In this document: in pieces, positions 1-9,454 of the stretch | How positions within the stretch are numbered: the first letter of the stretch is position 1 | Layout of the letters: the number at the start of each line of letters is the position of its first letter | DNA from: an uncultured Victivallales bacterium | Lineage (GTDB): Bacteria; Verrucomicrobiota; Lentisphaeria; Oligosphaerales; JABHEG01 | Direction of reading: 5' to 3' | Assembly (NCBI GenBank): GCA_964607765.1 | Contig: CAZSNT010000033.1 | Coordinates: 3,955 to 67,954 of the forward strand | Length of the DNA stretch: 64,000 nt | Position numbers and translations under genes: made by a program | The notes under the pieces: model-generated | Told to the model about the DNA's origin: nothing | The model's database searches: none | Seen by the model: the letters and a program-made list of their open reading frames with translations, nothing else

Positions 1-206
1 TCGCCCGCGTCCGGATGATACGCGCCACCCAGAAGCTTGATCAGCGTGCTCTTGCCCGCGCCGTTCTCACCGACCAAGGCCAGCACCTCACCGGCACGAA
101 GGTCCAGCGACACGTCACGCAACGCATGCACACCGGGAAATGACTTGTCCATCCCCGACATACGCAGCAGCGGAGCCGAATTCCGTGTTTGCTCGCCCTG
201 TTTCAT
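1..206 (-). CDS. Sugar-type ABC transporter ATP-binding protein, N-terminal 68 aa only (gene continues past the left edge)
   Basis: Own reverse-strand translation from the ATG at 206-204 gives [68 protein letters not shown]. The Walker [10 protein letters not shown] and its context are typical of RbsA/MglA/XylG-like importer ATPases. It is absent from the ORF track because the window edge truncates it. Confidence 0.85.
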   Translation of the reverse strand, partial: MKQGEQTRNSAPLLRMSGMDKSFPGVHALRDVSLDLRAGEVLALVGENGAGKSTLIKLLGGAYHPDAG

Positions 207-328
207 CGCGCGCCGTGTGGTGTTGCGCCCCGGAGTGTCGTATCCCGTGTGCACGTGTAAAGTAACATGCGCCGCCTGTGTCTTCCCCTCATCGGGGGCA
301 ATCCACAACAGAAGACAGAGGGACAGCG

Positions 329-2512
329 ATGAGTAACGCGTTCCGCCCGGTCGCTATGGTTGCCATTACCGCGTACGCCTCTGTGCTGGGCCTCTGTTCG
401 GCCGCAGACGATATTCTCATCGCTGATTTCGAGGGTGCTGACTACGGCGATTGGACCGTCGAGGGCGAAGCGTTTGGCCCCGGGCCTGCCAAAGGCACAC
501 TGCCGCGACAGATGCGTGTCAGCGGCTACGAGGGCGAGGGGTTGGTCAACTCGTTCTTCAAGGGCGACGGAACGACGGGCAGACTGCTCTCCCCGGAGTT
601 CACCATTCAGCGCACGTACCTGAAGTTCCTGGTCGGCGGCGGCCAGCACCCCGGCAAGACCTGCATGAACCTGCTCGCCGACGGCAAAGCCGTACGCACC
701 GCAACGGGCCCGAACGATCGGCCGGGCGGCAGTGAAGCGCTTGACTGGGCGGTGTGGAACGTGTCGGAATTGAAGGCCAGGACTGTTCGGCTCGAGATTG
801 TGGACCAGGCCAAAGGCGGCTGGGGCCACATTAACATCGACCATATCCTGCAGACGGACACGAAACCGGAGATCCTCGAGATGAGCAAGAGAGAGAAGGT
901 ATTCACGGTAGACAGCAAGTACCTCATCATCCCGATCCGAAACCGCGACAAACGTGCCAAAGGCGGGACGCGGATCCATCTCTTCGCCGGCGACAGAGAG
1001 GTCCGAAGCTACGGACTGAACCTGGCCACCAAGGCGGACGGAGTGGACTGGTACGCGTATTTCACGATCGAAGCCTACAAGGGCAAACAGGCTCGTGTCG
1101 TGGTCGACAAGTGCACCGAAGGAGGCTTCGCCCTGATCAGCCAGTCCGACACCATCCCGGGCGAGGAGAACTTCCACAAGGAGCCGCACCGACCCCAGTT
1201 CCACTTCACTCAGAAGGTGGGCTGGAACAACGACCCCAACGGCATGGTGTATCACGGCGGCAAATGGCACCTGTTCTTCCAGCACAACCCGGTGGCACTG
1301 CCCTGGGGCAACATGACCTGGGGACACGCCACCAGCACGGACCTGCTGCACTGGGAACAGCACCGGAACAAGCTCTTCCCCGGCACTATGGCCAAGGGCG
1401 CCTGCTTCTCGGGCGGCGCCACGGTTGATAAACACAACACCGCCGGCTGGGGTAAGAACGCGCTGGTCGCGTTCTTCACCGACACCGGCCTCGGCGAAGC
1501 CATCGCATACAGCACGGACGCCGGCAAGACATTCACGTACTACGAGAAGAACCCCGTCGTGAAGCACAAAGGCCGGGATCCCAAAGTGATCTGGTACGCC
1601 TACGACAAGAACGACACACCGCTCAACGACAACGCCCAGGCGCTGGGCGGACATTGGGTCATGGTCGTTTTCGACGAGAACAAGGAGCACGGACGCAATG
1701 CCGCGTTCTATACCTCGACCAACATGAAGGAGTGGGCCCTGCAAAGCCACCTGCCGGGCTACTTCGAGTGCACGGAACTCTTCGAACTGCCCGTGGCCCC
1801 GTCGTCGCCTGACGGCTCCGCCGCGACACGCTGGGTCGTGTTCGCTGCGGACGCGAAGTACGCGGTCGGCACGTTCGACGGCAAGACATTCACCCCGGAA
1901 CACGAAGGCAAACATCAAGTGCATTGGGGGCCCTATTACGCGTCCCAGACGTTCGACAACGCCCCCGACCAACGCAGGATCCAGATCGGCTGGTTGAGGG
2001 TGAATTCGCCCGGCCCCTACAACCAGCACTTCAGCTTCCCGCACCGCCTTGCTCTGCGCACCACCGAAGACGGAATCCGCATGTTCGCCAACCCCGTCAG
2101 GGAGATAGAAGACCTGCGCACGAGAACCAACCGCGCCGAGGCCCGGGATCTCGTCGCCGACCAGCCGGTGGCAGTGCCTGTGGCCAGCGACCTGCTCGAC
2201 GTGCGTCTGACCGTGGCCGTCGGGGACGCGCACGCCATTGAACTGAAGCTCCCGGGGCGTTCAGTCAAGTACGACGTGCGTGCACAGAAACTCGGCCCGG
2301 CCCCGCTCAAGCCCGCCGACGGCAAGATTACCGTCCAAGTGTTGGCCGACCGCTCCCTCACCGAAACGGTCGGCAATGACGGACGCGTGTTCATCTCCGG
2401 CCCCGGCCCCGCGAGAATGGACGCCACCGAGGTGTCGGTCACAGCCCGGGGCGGCAACGCGAGACTCGTCGCCCTGGAAGCCCACGAACTCAAGTCGATC
2501 TGGCATGAATGA
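329..2512 (+). CDS. GH32 glycoside hydrolase (fructan/levan/sucrose beta-fructosidase type) with a ~290-aa N-terminal accessory region
   Basis: ORF 278..2512, with the start moved to ATG 329 ([26 protein letters not shown], signal-like). GH32 blocks are present: [26 protein letters not shown] (GRDPKVIW) and EC (YFECTELF). The C-terminal beta-sandwich ends ...LKSIWHE. Confidence 0.85.
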   Translation: MSNAFRPVAMVAITAYASVLGLCSAADDILIADFEGADYGDWTVEGEAFGPGPAKGTLPRQMRVSGYEGEGLVNSFFKGDGTTGRLLSPEFTIQRTYLKFLVGGGQHPGKTCMNLLADGKAVRTATGPNDRPGGSEALDWAVWNVSELKARTVRLEIVDQAKGGWGHINIDHILQTDTKPEILEMSKREKVFTVDSKYLIIPIRNRDKRAKGGTRIHLFAGDREVRSYGLNLATKADGVDWYAYFTIEAYKGKQARVVVDKCTEGGFALISQSDTIPGEENFHKEPHRPQFHFTQKVGWNNDPNGMVYHGGKWHLFFQHNPVALPWGNMTWGHATSTDLLHWEQHRNKLFPGTMAKGACFSGGATVDKHNTAGWGKNALVAFFTDTGLGEAIAYSTDAGKTFTYYEKNPVVKHKGRDPKVIWYAYDKNDTPLNDNAQALGGHWVMVVFDENKEHGRNAAFYTSTNMKEWALQSHLPGYFECTELFELPVAPSSPDGSAATRWVVFAADAKYAVGTFDGKTFTPEHEGKHQVHWGPYYASQTFDNAPDQRRIQIGWLRVNSPGPYNQHFSFPHRLALRTTEDGIRMFANPVREIEDLRTRTNRAEARDLVADQPVAVPVASDLLDVRLTVAVGDAHAIELKLPGRSVKYDVRAQKLGPAPLKPADGKITVQVLADRSLTETVGNDGRVFISGPGPARMDATEVSVTARGGNARLVALEAHELKSIWHE

Positions 2513-2716
2513 GCAATCAATGAAGCACGTCATGATGGTGTCAACACCACGATCCACAACCCGGGCACGGACAGGTTCCGCGTCGGTGCCAAAGTCGACG
2601 GGGGCTGGGAACGACTCCGCGGCGACGTGGCGGAGATCCTGGTCTACGACCGGGTGGTGGCATACGCTGACGTGGCACAGATCAACGACGCCTTGGGCAG
2701 CAAATGGGGCATCGGC
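2513..2716 (+). pseudogene. Relic of the C-terminal end of a LamG/concanavalin-like domain protein (no start codon, N-terminus missing)
   Basis: The codons directly after the TGA of the first GH32 read AINEARHDGVNTTIHNPGTDRFRVGAKVDGGWERLRGDVAEILVYDRVVAYADVAQINDALGSKWGIG. The ...F.VGA....G....RGDVAEILVYDR........I...L..KWGI pattern is the characteristic tail of LamG-domain proteins. Before GTG 2627 there is no in-frame ATG, GTG or TTG. Confidence 0.4.
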
Positions 2717-2752
2717 AGAGCCGACAAGAAAGGGAACAGGAAGGTGGCGACC

Positions 2753-4330
2753 ATGTCCGAAAAGGAGATCAACAGGGAACCCGATTACACGTCCAAAGTC
2801 CCCCAGTTCACCTATCCCGAGACACTCGCGGAACAGGAAGAGGCCCTGAAGACCAATCCGCTGCTGGCACGCTTCGCCGCGTCGCGCCGGGAAATCCTCG
2901 AGGATCCGCACCACCCGCGGTACCACTTCGTCAGCCCCGAGAACCGGCTCAACGATCCGAATGGGCTCTGCTTCTGGCAAGGCCGCTGGCACATGTTCTA
3001 CCAAGGCTACCCGCCGGAAGACCCCCGCCAGCATTGGGGCCACGCAGTCAGCGACGACCTCATCCACTGGCGTGATCTGCCCTACGCAATCTACCCGAAC
3101 CCGGAGGACAAGTGCTTCTCCGGTTCCGCAATGGTCGAGGACGACCGCGTGATCGCCATCTACCACGGAATCGCCGCGGGCACGATGGTCGCGGTCTCAG
3201 ATGACCCGCTCCTGCTCAACTGGCAGAAGGTGACCGGAGACGCTGTCATCCCCCTGCCCAAACCGGGACAGGCCCGCCTCCCCTACAACATCTTCGACCC
3301 GTGCATCTGGAAGCAGGGCGACACCTACTACGCCCTGACAGCCGGCACTCTCCCCGAGGGCCCCGGCAACAAGCCTGTGCGCGCTGAGTTCCTGCACCGC
3401 TCTGCGGACCTCGCAACCTGGGAGTACCTGCACCCGTTCCTCGAAGACGACCAATACGGCCTGATCGGCGACGACGGCGCCTGCCCCTACTTCTGGCCCA
3501 TCGGAGACCGCCACATCCTGCTGCACTTCAGTCACATGAGCGGCGGCAAGTATATCCTCGGCGACTACGACACCGAACGCGACAAGTTCGTCGTCACCTA
3601 CGGCAGTGATTTCAATTTCGGCCCCGTCGCCCCCAACGGCGTGCACGCGCCCTCCGCCTGCCCGGACGGCAAGGGCGGCGTGATCACGATCTTCAACATG
3701 AATCCCGGCAAAGGCACCAAAGGCTGGAACCAGATCATGTCCCTGCCGCGACTGCTCACACACCGCGGCGGCGACGACCTCGGCATCGAACCCACCGGCG
3801 ATATCGAGTCGCTCCGCACCGACCACAAGCACGTGGATGCCATGACGCTGCCCGCAAACCAGGAGGTAGTGCTCGACGGCATCAGCGGCAACTCCATGGA
3901 AATCGTGGCGGAGATTGACCCGAAGGGCGCGCAGATGCTCGAGATGAACGTGTTGCGCTCTCCGCAGAAGGAGGAATACACCCGGATCATCTTCCAGAAA
4001 AACCGCGGCTACGCGCGGCGGGACCGCGGCAGACGCCGCGAGAAGGACAGTCTCATCACAATCGACACAACCTACTCGTCCACGCTGCCCGACGCAGCCT
4101 CGCGCCCGCCCGAGATCGCGCCCGTCGACGCCGATCCGGGCGAACTGCTCAAGCTCCGCGTCTTCCTCGACCGCAGCGTCGTCGAGGTCTTCGTCAACGG
4201 CAAACAGTGCGTTGCCGTACGCCTCTACCCCGGCCGCGAGGACAGCCTCGGCGTCTCACTCCGCGCCCAAGGCCGCGATGCCACCCTCAAATCCCTCGAC
4301 GCCTGGCAGATGAAGAGCATTTACCACTAG
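2753..4330 (+). CDS. GH32 glycoside hydrolase, second copy, no obvious signal peptide
   Basis: ORF 2627..4330, with the start moved to ATG 2753, which follows AGGAAGGTGG. It contains YHFVSPENRLNDPNGLCFWQGRWHMFYQGYP (the GH32 NDPNG block). The C-terminus ...LDAWQMKSIYH parallels the first GH32. Confidence 0.85.
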   Translation: MSEKEINREPDYTSKVPQFTYPETLAEQEEALKTNPLLARFAASRREILEDPHHPRYHFVSPENRLNDPNGLCFWQGRWHMFYQGYPPEDPRQHWGHAVSDDLIHWRDLPYAIYPNPEDKCFSGSAMVEDDRVIAIYHGIAAGTMVAVSDDPLLLNWQKVTGDAVIPLPKPGQARLPYNIFDPCIWKQGDTYYALTAGTLPEGPGNKPVRAEFLHRSADLATWEYLHPFLEDDQYGLIGDDGACPYFWPIGDRHILLHFSHMSGGKYILGDYDTERDKFVVTYGSDFNFGPVAPNGVHAPSACPDGKGGVITIFNMNPGKGTKGWNQIMSLPRLLTHRGGDDLGIEPTGDIESLRTDHKHVDAMTLPANQEVVLDGISGNSMEIVAEIDPKGAQMLEMNVLRSPQKEEYTRIIFQKNRGYARRDRGRRREKDSLITIDTTYSSTLPDAASRPPEIAPVDADPGELLKLRVFLDRSVVEVFVNGKQCVAVRLYPGREDSLGVSLRAQGRDATLKSLDAWQMKSIYH

Positions 4331-4407
4331 CGCAACGCTCCGTGGTTGCGGCAGACACCGGAGCGCAACGCCAGGCAAGCGCCAGAACGAGACTGAGAGC
4401 AAAACCA

Positions 4408-4436
4408 CCCGAACCCCGAACCCTGAACACCCGAAC
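4408..4436. repeat. Heptamer tandem repeat CCCGAAC x4 (degenerate)
   Basis: cccgaac cccgaac cctgaac acccgaac lies in the convergent gap between GH32 and the oxidoreductase. It shares CCTGAACACC(C)GAAC with 21957-21979. Confidence 0.6.
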
Positions 4437-4466
4437 GCCGCACGCATCCCACACCCGTAGGCCCTA

Positions 4467-5564
4467 TCAGTCCGATGCCAGCGGCAGCGTGACTTCCGCA
4501 CCCGTGTGCCAGGACTTGTAGATCGCCAGGATCAACTCCACCGCCTTGCGCGCTTCCCGACCGGGCACCATGGGTGGACGTCCGGCCTTCACCGCCTCGC
4601 AGAAATCCTGGAGCTGGATCGTGTGACCATCGGACGACAATGCAGTGTTGTCCGAAGCAGTCGTGGGCCCGCCGCTCTCCTCCGCATCGGCCTGGGTCTC
4701 GTCAAACACCGCGGCGAGGTCGACCTGCTCCACCTTGTGCGCCCCGTCGGCCACCTTCCCGATGGAACACTTCAATGGCCCCGCGCCAATCACAATCGTG
4801 CCGTTGGCGCCGTGGATCTCTGTCCGACAGCCCTGCCCGGGCACGACGGACGTGGTGCCCGTGATATTCCCGAACGCGCCGTTCCTGAACTTGACCACGG
4901 ACGTGGACGTATCCTCCACCTCGATGTCGCGTTGCAGCGTGCCCGAATAGCTGAACACACTCGCCACGTCGCCCATCAGCCACAGCAGGCTGTCGATGCC
5001 GTGTACCGCCTGGTTCATCAGCGCGCCGCCGCCGTCCAAGCCCCACGTCCCACGCCAGCCGGCCGTCAGGTAATAGGCCGGCGACCGGTAGTATTTCTGT
5101 ACGCAGTCGCCCAGGACGAGCGGGCCCAGCATGCCCTTGTAGATCGCCTTCTTGGCGAGGATGTAGTCCTGCTGTGTCCGTTTCTGGAAAATGCAACCCA
5201 GCGTCACACTCGCAGACTCGCACGCCTCGATCATCGCGTCCATGTTCGCAAGCGTGATGTCGAGCGGCTTCTCGCACAGCACGTTCACGCCATGCTGCGC
5301 CGCTGCAATGGCGCCTTCATGGTGCAGGCCGGACGGCGTGCACACGCTCACCGCGTCCAACTCGGGCTCGGCAGCGAACATCGCCTCGTGGTCCGGGTAA
5401 AATGCCACGTCGTAACCATCGCTGCGCAGCTTCTCTTCCCGTGCCGGATCGACGTCACACACAGCCACAAGCTCCGCGCCGGGTGCATTCGTCGCCGCCT
5501 TCGCATGATGCGGCCCGATCACGCCGTAACCGATGATACCCCAATTCAGCTTCCCGTCGCGCAT
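4467..5564 (-). CDS. Gfo/Idh/MocA family NAD(P)-dependent oxidoreductase (cytoplasmic)
   Basis: ORF 4467..5936, trimmed to the ATG at 5564, which follows GGAGAGAGAG. The N-terminal Rossmann motif is MRDGKLNWGIIGYGVIGPHH, followed by ...VLCEKPL. The 124 codons upstream in the track run through the repeat array and are not coding. Confidence 0.85.
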   Translation of the reverse strand: MRDGKLNWGIIGYGVIGPHHAKAATNAPGAELVAVCDVDPAREEKLRSDGYDVAFYPDHEAMFAAEPELDAVSVCTPSGLHHEGAIAAAQHGVNVLCEKPLDITLANMDAMIEACESASVTLGCIFQKRTQQDYILAKKAIYKGMLGPLVLGDCVQKYYRSPAYYLTAGWRGTWGLDGGGALMNQAVHGIDSLLWLMGDVASVFSYSGTLQRDIEVEDTSTSVVKFRNGAFGNITGTTSVVPGQGCRTEIHGANGTIVIGAGPLKCSIGKVADGAHKVEQVDLAAVFDETQADAEESGGPTTASDNTALSSDGHTIQLQDFCEAVKAGRPPMVPGREARKAVELILAIYKSWHTGAEVTLPLASD

Positions 5565-5675
5565 ACTCTCTCTCCAGATGACCGGGTTGAAAACACACAA
5601 ACCTGCCAAACATGACCGAAAAAAGTAGCTGGGATCGGAGAGGACTGCAAGACAACGGACAGTCGCACCCCGAGA

Positions 5676-5912
5676 ATGTCCGGAAAACGCCACCGCGAGC
5701 CCCCAACCGTTTTCCGGACATCCAGCACCGTCAACGGAGATGCCCACAGGCCCGAAGCATGTCCGGAAAACACCACCGTCTGCCCACCACCCGTTTTCCG
5801 GACGAGAAGAGAGAGGCGCAGAAGAGGAGACACGAGGACCAACACGACAGTGGAAGTGACGCAGGACCGGAAAACGGGTGCCACCGACGGGAAACCAGAC
5901 CGTTTTCCGGAC
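5676..5912. repeat. Array of three hairpin units built from inverted GTCCGGAAAAC / GTTTTCCGGAC arms
   Basis: Unit 1 is ATGTCCGGAAAACG 5676-5689 paired with CGTTTTCCGGACAT 5708-5721 (14-bp perfect arms, 18-nt loop). Unit 2 is 5761-5771 with 5793-5803 (21-nt loop). Unit 3 is GACCGGAAAACGG 5865-5877 with CCGTTTTCCGGAC 5900-5912 (one mismatch, 22-nt loop). All three loops contain CCACCG. Confidence 0.9.
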
Positions 5913-6010
5913 AGGCGGCAGAGCCCCTCTCAACACGTCCCCCCAGAAAAACGCCTGGGCCTGCCGCGGACGCGCGCGCCGCGGCGTTGCCGGAGCGTGT
6001 CCGGCCGCCT

Positions 6011-7870
6011 CTACTGCCGTCCCCGAAGCTCAGCGAGTAGATCGGCCGCCCTCTTGTCCCCCGAAGCCGCCGCCTCCCGCAGACGCTCCCGTGTCCGCGA
6101 GCAGTTCCGCAACGCCCACACGATGCGCCCGCGGCTCCCCCTGTCGCTGTCCGAGAGAGCCATCTCGATGAGCTGGTCCACCAACGTGTCCGATCTGTCC
6201 CGCACCACGGACAGCCCGAAGTACACGGCGTTGTGCCGCACGGCGCGATCCGGATCGTGGCCAAGCGCCATGAGGGCCTTGATCGCCCGGGGCTCCTGAC
6301 GTCCTCTTGTGCACACGAAGTGTGACCCCAACTGCGTCGCTGCCACCCGCCGCACCTCGGGCTCCCCGTCTTTGGCCAGCCGTAAAAGACGCTCCAGTGC
6401 CGGCGCCGATCGGTTCTGTTCATTGCTCTGCAGTGCCGCCAGGAAACTCGTCCCCAGCTCGCGCACCTCAGGATCGCCGTCACGCGTGCACGCTTCGAAG
6501 GCTTCGTGGAATTCACTTCCAAACGCCCGGAACAGTCCGTGCCTGCGTACGGCGCGCAACGCTTCGCGCCGTACACCGCTGTCTTCCTTCAGCAAGAAGG
6601 CCCGAAGCCGCTCCGTATCGTCGTCGAGCAGCTCACGCTGCCGAGTTGCCGTCTGCTCAAGCGTCCACGCCTCGTAGTCCAACTCGCCACGAAGCGCCAA
6701 CTCCAAGCTGGCAGCTCGCTCCACCACACGAGGATCTGCATGGACCAGATAGGGAGTCAAGAACGCCGTCATTTCCTCGTGAACACCCTTAGTGCCCCAG
6801 AGAATGCGTCCCACATTCACGTGCTGCAGCGCCAGCTCCACCAGCCGCTCGAGGACGTCTTCCGGAACGGTAGGACGCAGCACCGACAGCCCGTAATACA
6901 CTGCGGTGGCGGCCAAATCCGGATGGTACGACGCCAACACAGCCAACTCGATCGCGTCAGAACGTTGCGGCGATTTACCCCAGAGATAGGATGTGCCGAT
7001 CGCTTTGAGGTACTCCTTCCTCCAGGAATCGCGACGTGTGGAGTCCGTGCCGCACAACCCCCGCCGGGTCAGCGCCATCTCCTCGGCAGGCGAGAGTCGG
7101 TCCCTCTTCTTCTGACGATACTCACGCCAGTACCGCGTGAGCTCCGCCCGCCCCTCCTTGCTCGCCGGGAAGTACCCGTCGAAGACCTCAATCCCTCCGC
7201 ATACGCCCTGAACAGCCGCCGTCACCTCCCGCGTCTCCGCCCACACGGTCCGCAACCGCTGCTCGACCTGCCGAACAGTCTCGATCGCCGCCCAGTCGGG
7301 AAGCGCAAGCCAGCGCGGCGCGGTTGGCGAGACGTACATCGTGCCCTCTGGATGCTTGTTGCGCCAATGCGGATAGAGGCCCGGCACGGTCCCTAGTTTG
7401 GCGGGTGAAGCCACGGACACCAGCCACGGCTCACGGGCCTCCTCCCCCTCTGCCGCAGCGCGCGCGGCGCGGTACAGTGACACCTTGGTGGTGAACTGCT
7501 GGTTCGGATCGCCCCACGCAGCATTCAGCAATCCCAGCCGCCAAGGGGGCGAGCAGACGATCGCTTCGCTCGCCGACGTCAAAACCACCAGGGGCGCACG
7601 TTTAAGCCCCTTCAGCATGGCCTTGCGCTGCCCCAGGCCGGACAGAGTCTCCTGCGCCCGCGAACGCCGACTCTCAATGAGACAAGCGGCGAACGCGTCC
7701 AGATTGCCCTCCAGCGCGGCCACAGCGTAGGCACGCGCAACTGCACTCACCGCCGCGACCTCGGCCGGAGGGGGGGCAGCAGCAGGGACGAACACGGAGA
7801 ACAACACGAACGCCGCTGTTGTGCGTGCCAGTCCGGCCTGGATGAACTCTCGTTGCCCAGCACTACCCAT
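6011..7870 (-). CDS. Hypothetical protein with a C-terminal HEAT/ARM-like repeat region and an N-terminal hydrophobic segment
   Basis: ORF 6011..7930, whose track start is a TTG. The preferred start is ATG 7870 (MGSAGQREFIQAGLARTTAAFVLFSVFVPAAA). The C-terminal half has repeated ...D.D..VR..A...LG... motifs (DGDPEVRELG, DGEPEVRRVAATQLG, HDPDRAVRHNAV). No catalytic motif was recognised. Confidence 0.55.
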   Translation of the reverse strand: MGSAGQREFIQAGLARTTAAFVLFSVFVPAAAPPPAEVAAVSAVARAYAVAALEGNLDAFAACLIESRRSRAQETLSGLGQRKAMLKGLKRAPLVVLTSASEAIVCSPPWRLGLLNAAWGDPNQQFTTKVSLYRAARAAAEGEEAREPWLVSVASPAKLGTVPGLYPHWRNKHPEGTMYVSPTAPRWLALPDWAAIETVRQVEQRLRTVWAETREVTAAVQGVCGGIEVFDGYFPASKEGRAELTRYWREYRQKKRDRLSPAEEMALTRRGLCGTDSTRRDSWRKEYLKAIGTSYLWGKSPQRSDAIELAVLASYHPDLAATAVYYGLSVLRPTVPEDVLERLVELALQHVNVGRILWGTKGVHEEMTAFLTPYLVHADPRVVERAASLELALRGELDYEAWTLEQTATRQRELLDDDTERLRAFLLKEDSGVRREALRAVRRHGLFRAFGSEFHEAFEACTRDGDPEVRELGTSFLAALQSNEQNRSAPALERLLRLAKDGEPEVRRVAATQLGSHFVCTRGRQEPRAIKALMALGHDPDRAVRHNAVYFGLSVVRDRSDTLVDQLIEMALSDSDRGSRGRIVWALRNCSRTRERLREAAASGDKRAADLLAELRGRQ

Positions 7871-7926
7871 CTCGCCACTCCTGTCTCTACTGTCTCTACC
7901 CGCGCCCCGAAGCACCACGCTGACCG

Positions 7927-9315
7927 TCAACGCAGTTCCACCTCGTGGATGGTCGGGACCTCGCTGGCCTCGAGAATGCTCAAGCGGAAATGCTGCGCCG
8001 TGACAGAATCAAAGGAGAGTTCTCTCCGCGCCCCAAGCGTCGTGCCCGCGACAATGGTCTGCCACTTGTCCCCTGCCTTGTACTGAAACTCGAACTGCTC
8101 AACGCGGTTCCACGCTCCCTCAACCACCACCACGCGCGAGATTGGCACCGGCTCGCCAAGGTCCACGGCCAACCAGCCACTCCGAGAGTCCTCGATACAG
8201 CCCCAACGCGTCTCAGGATCGCCGTCAAACGCCATCCCGGGTCCGTGCCCCGGAATGCTCTGCCACGTGCCGGACGCCGTGGCTGCTTTGCCCTGAGACA
8301 CTGCGGGCGGGGGAGGCGGCGGGAGCTTGAGTTCGCCCCGGATGTAGCGCCCCACCGTGCGCAGCGTTGCCACATCGATGTCGCGCAGCTTGCCCGCGTA
8401 ATTCGGACCGACATCGATCGAGAAAATGTTGCCGTACTTCACCGCGCCCAGGTAGTCACGATAGACCTTTTCCGGCGGGTGACACAGGGCGTCGTGTTTG
8501 GGCAACGAGTAGAACCACTGCGCCCCGCCTCGGTGCGGAGGCAGGATCGGGTACGTGAACTCGGCCACGAGGAAGCCCTTCTGCCCGTCTTCCATGCCCT
8601 TGCCGTGCCGGCGCAGATTCCGCCCGCCGATCGGCCCGGGCCGGCCGCGCTCGCGCAATGCAATACGCCCCGCCGGTGTCCCGTGGTTGAACCCGACAAA
8701 GCAGTTGGGCTGGAACCGATGAACCCACCTCACCGTCTCCTCGTGACTCAGTCCGCCATCATTCGTCGCGTGGTCCATCCAGAAGAACTCGATCGGCCCG
8801 TACCGCGTGCAGAGCTCCTCCAGCTGTGCTCTCTTGGACTCGGGATTCGCTCCAGACCGCGTGCCTTTCCGACCCGGCCAGCTCCAGTCACCCTCCGAGA
8901 AGTAGAGCGCAAGCTTGATGCCGTATGCATCACAGGACTTACGCAGCTTCGCCAGCACGTCGACCCCCAACGGGCTGTTCGTGACCTTCAGTTCTGTGGT
9001 CTTCGTGTCCCACAAGCAGAACCCATCGTGGTGTTTGGACAGGAACAGGATGTAGCCCATCCCCGCTTCCTTCGCCGTACGACACCACTGGTCCGTGTCG
9101 CAGTCCGTGGCTCTGAAGAAGTCCGGACCGTGCGGCTCAGTAGTCCACTCTTTGCCACCAAACGTACTGAACGACCAGCAGATGAACATACCGAACCGCA
9201 TAGCCTTGATCTGCTCCCCCCGCACCGAATCATCCAGCCTTGTTGGCGACTCCCCAACAACGTTTGGGACTGCCAGAACGACACCCACGATCGCTGCACA
9301 ACAGACTCGTTTCAT
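7927..9315 (-). CDS. GH29 alpha-L-fucosidase with a C-terminal F5/8 type C (discoidin/CBM32-like) domain
   Basis: ORF 7927..9357, with the start at ATG 9315 after GGAGGA (MKRVCCAAIVGVVLAVPNVVG signal). The GH29 block is GYILFLSKHHDGFCLWDT. The C-terminus ...AFDGDPETRWG...WLAVDLG...FRLSILE is typical of F5/8 type C domains. Confidence 0.85.
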   Translation of the reverse strand: MKRVCCAAIVGVVLAVPNVVGESPTRLDDSVRGEQIKAMRFGMFICWSFSTFGGKEWTTEPHGPDFFRATDCDTDQWCRTAKEAGMGYILFLSKHHDGFCLWDTKTTELKVTNSPLGVDVLAKLRKSCDAYGIKLALYFSEGDWSWPGRKGTRSGANPESKRAQLEELCTRYGPIEFFWMDHATNDGGLSHEETVRWVHRFQPNCFVGFNHGTPAGRIALRERGRPGPIGGRNLRRHGKGMEDGQKGFLVAEFTYPILPPHRGGAQWFYSLPKHDALCHPPEKVYRDYLGAVKYGNIFSIDVGPNYAGKLRDIDVATLRTVGRYIRGELKLPPPPPPAVSQGKAATASGTWQSIPGHGPGMAFDGDPETRWGCIEDSRSGWLAVDLGEPVPISRVVVVEGAWNRVEQFEFQYKAGDKWQTIVAGTTLGARRELSFDSVTAQHFRLSILEASEVPTIHEVELR

Positions 9316-9409
9316 AGCGTCCTCCATTTCTCGCGCCTGGCCTGTGGCCGCACCCACATGGAAATCTACGCAGACCGCCCTTACACTTCAACCCGGAACC
9401 GAATCCCCC

Positions 9410-9420
9410 GTTTTCCGGTC
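9410..9420 (+). repeat. Solitary one-mismatch copy of the abundant motif (GTTTTCCGGTC)
   Basis: It lies in the divergent gap between the fucosidase start (9315) and the next gene start (9455). Its reverse complement is GACCGGAAAAC, the same variant seen at 5865, 30287 and 54894-54986. Confidence 0.7.
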
Positions 9421-9454
9421 ATCAGTGAAGGCACCAGAGGGGCGCACACCCAAG

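Noticed and set aside
203-2233. Long antisense ORFs in the track: 203..2233(-), 9422..11155(-), 23237..24928(-), 28634..29767(-), 31589..33682(-), 33366..34901(-), 36839..38332(-), 38136..39827(-), 40424..42907(-), 46095..47339(-), 56916..58391(-), 58142..59173(-)
   Set aside because: Each lies opposite a gene with clear family motifs. Their products are Arg/Gly/Ala/Pro/Val-rich with no recognisable motifs, as expected for shadow ORFs in GC-rich DNA.
2510-2512. TGA between the two in-frame GH32 ORFs as a selenocysteine or programmed readthrough site giving one fusion protein
   Set aside because: The first GH32 ends with the same natural C-terminal motif as the second. No SECIS-like hairpin is evident right after the TGA. 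The downstream gene has its own strong RBS and ATG at 2753.
5676-5912. Possible CRISPR arrays at the four motif clusters (also 12497-12754, 16022-16376, 54894-55114)
   Set aside because: The repeated unit is only 11-14 bp and occurs in both orientations. Spacings are irregular (18-93 bp), and the same word occurs singly inside many genes. No cas genes are in the window.
5565-5936. N-terminal extensions of ORFs running through the repeat arrays (4467..5936, 12720..13064, 54892..55233, 21928..21990)
   Set aside because: The extensions merely translate the repeats (recurrent VFRT, FSGH, CPEN, SGKR strings). Internal ATGs with good Shine-Dalgarno sequences, followed by signal peptides or conserved N-termini, give the expected protein lengths.
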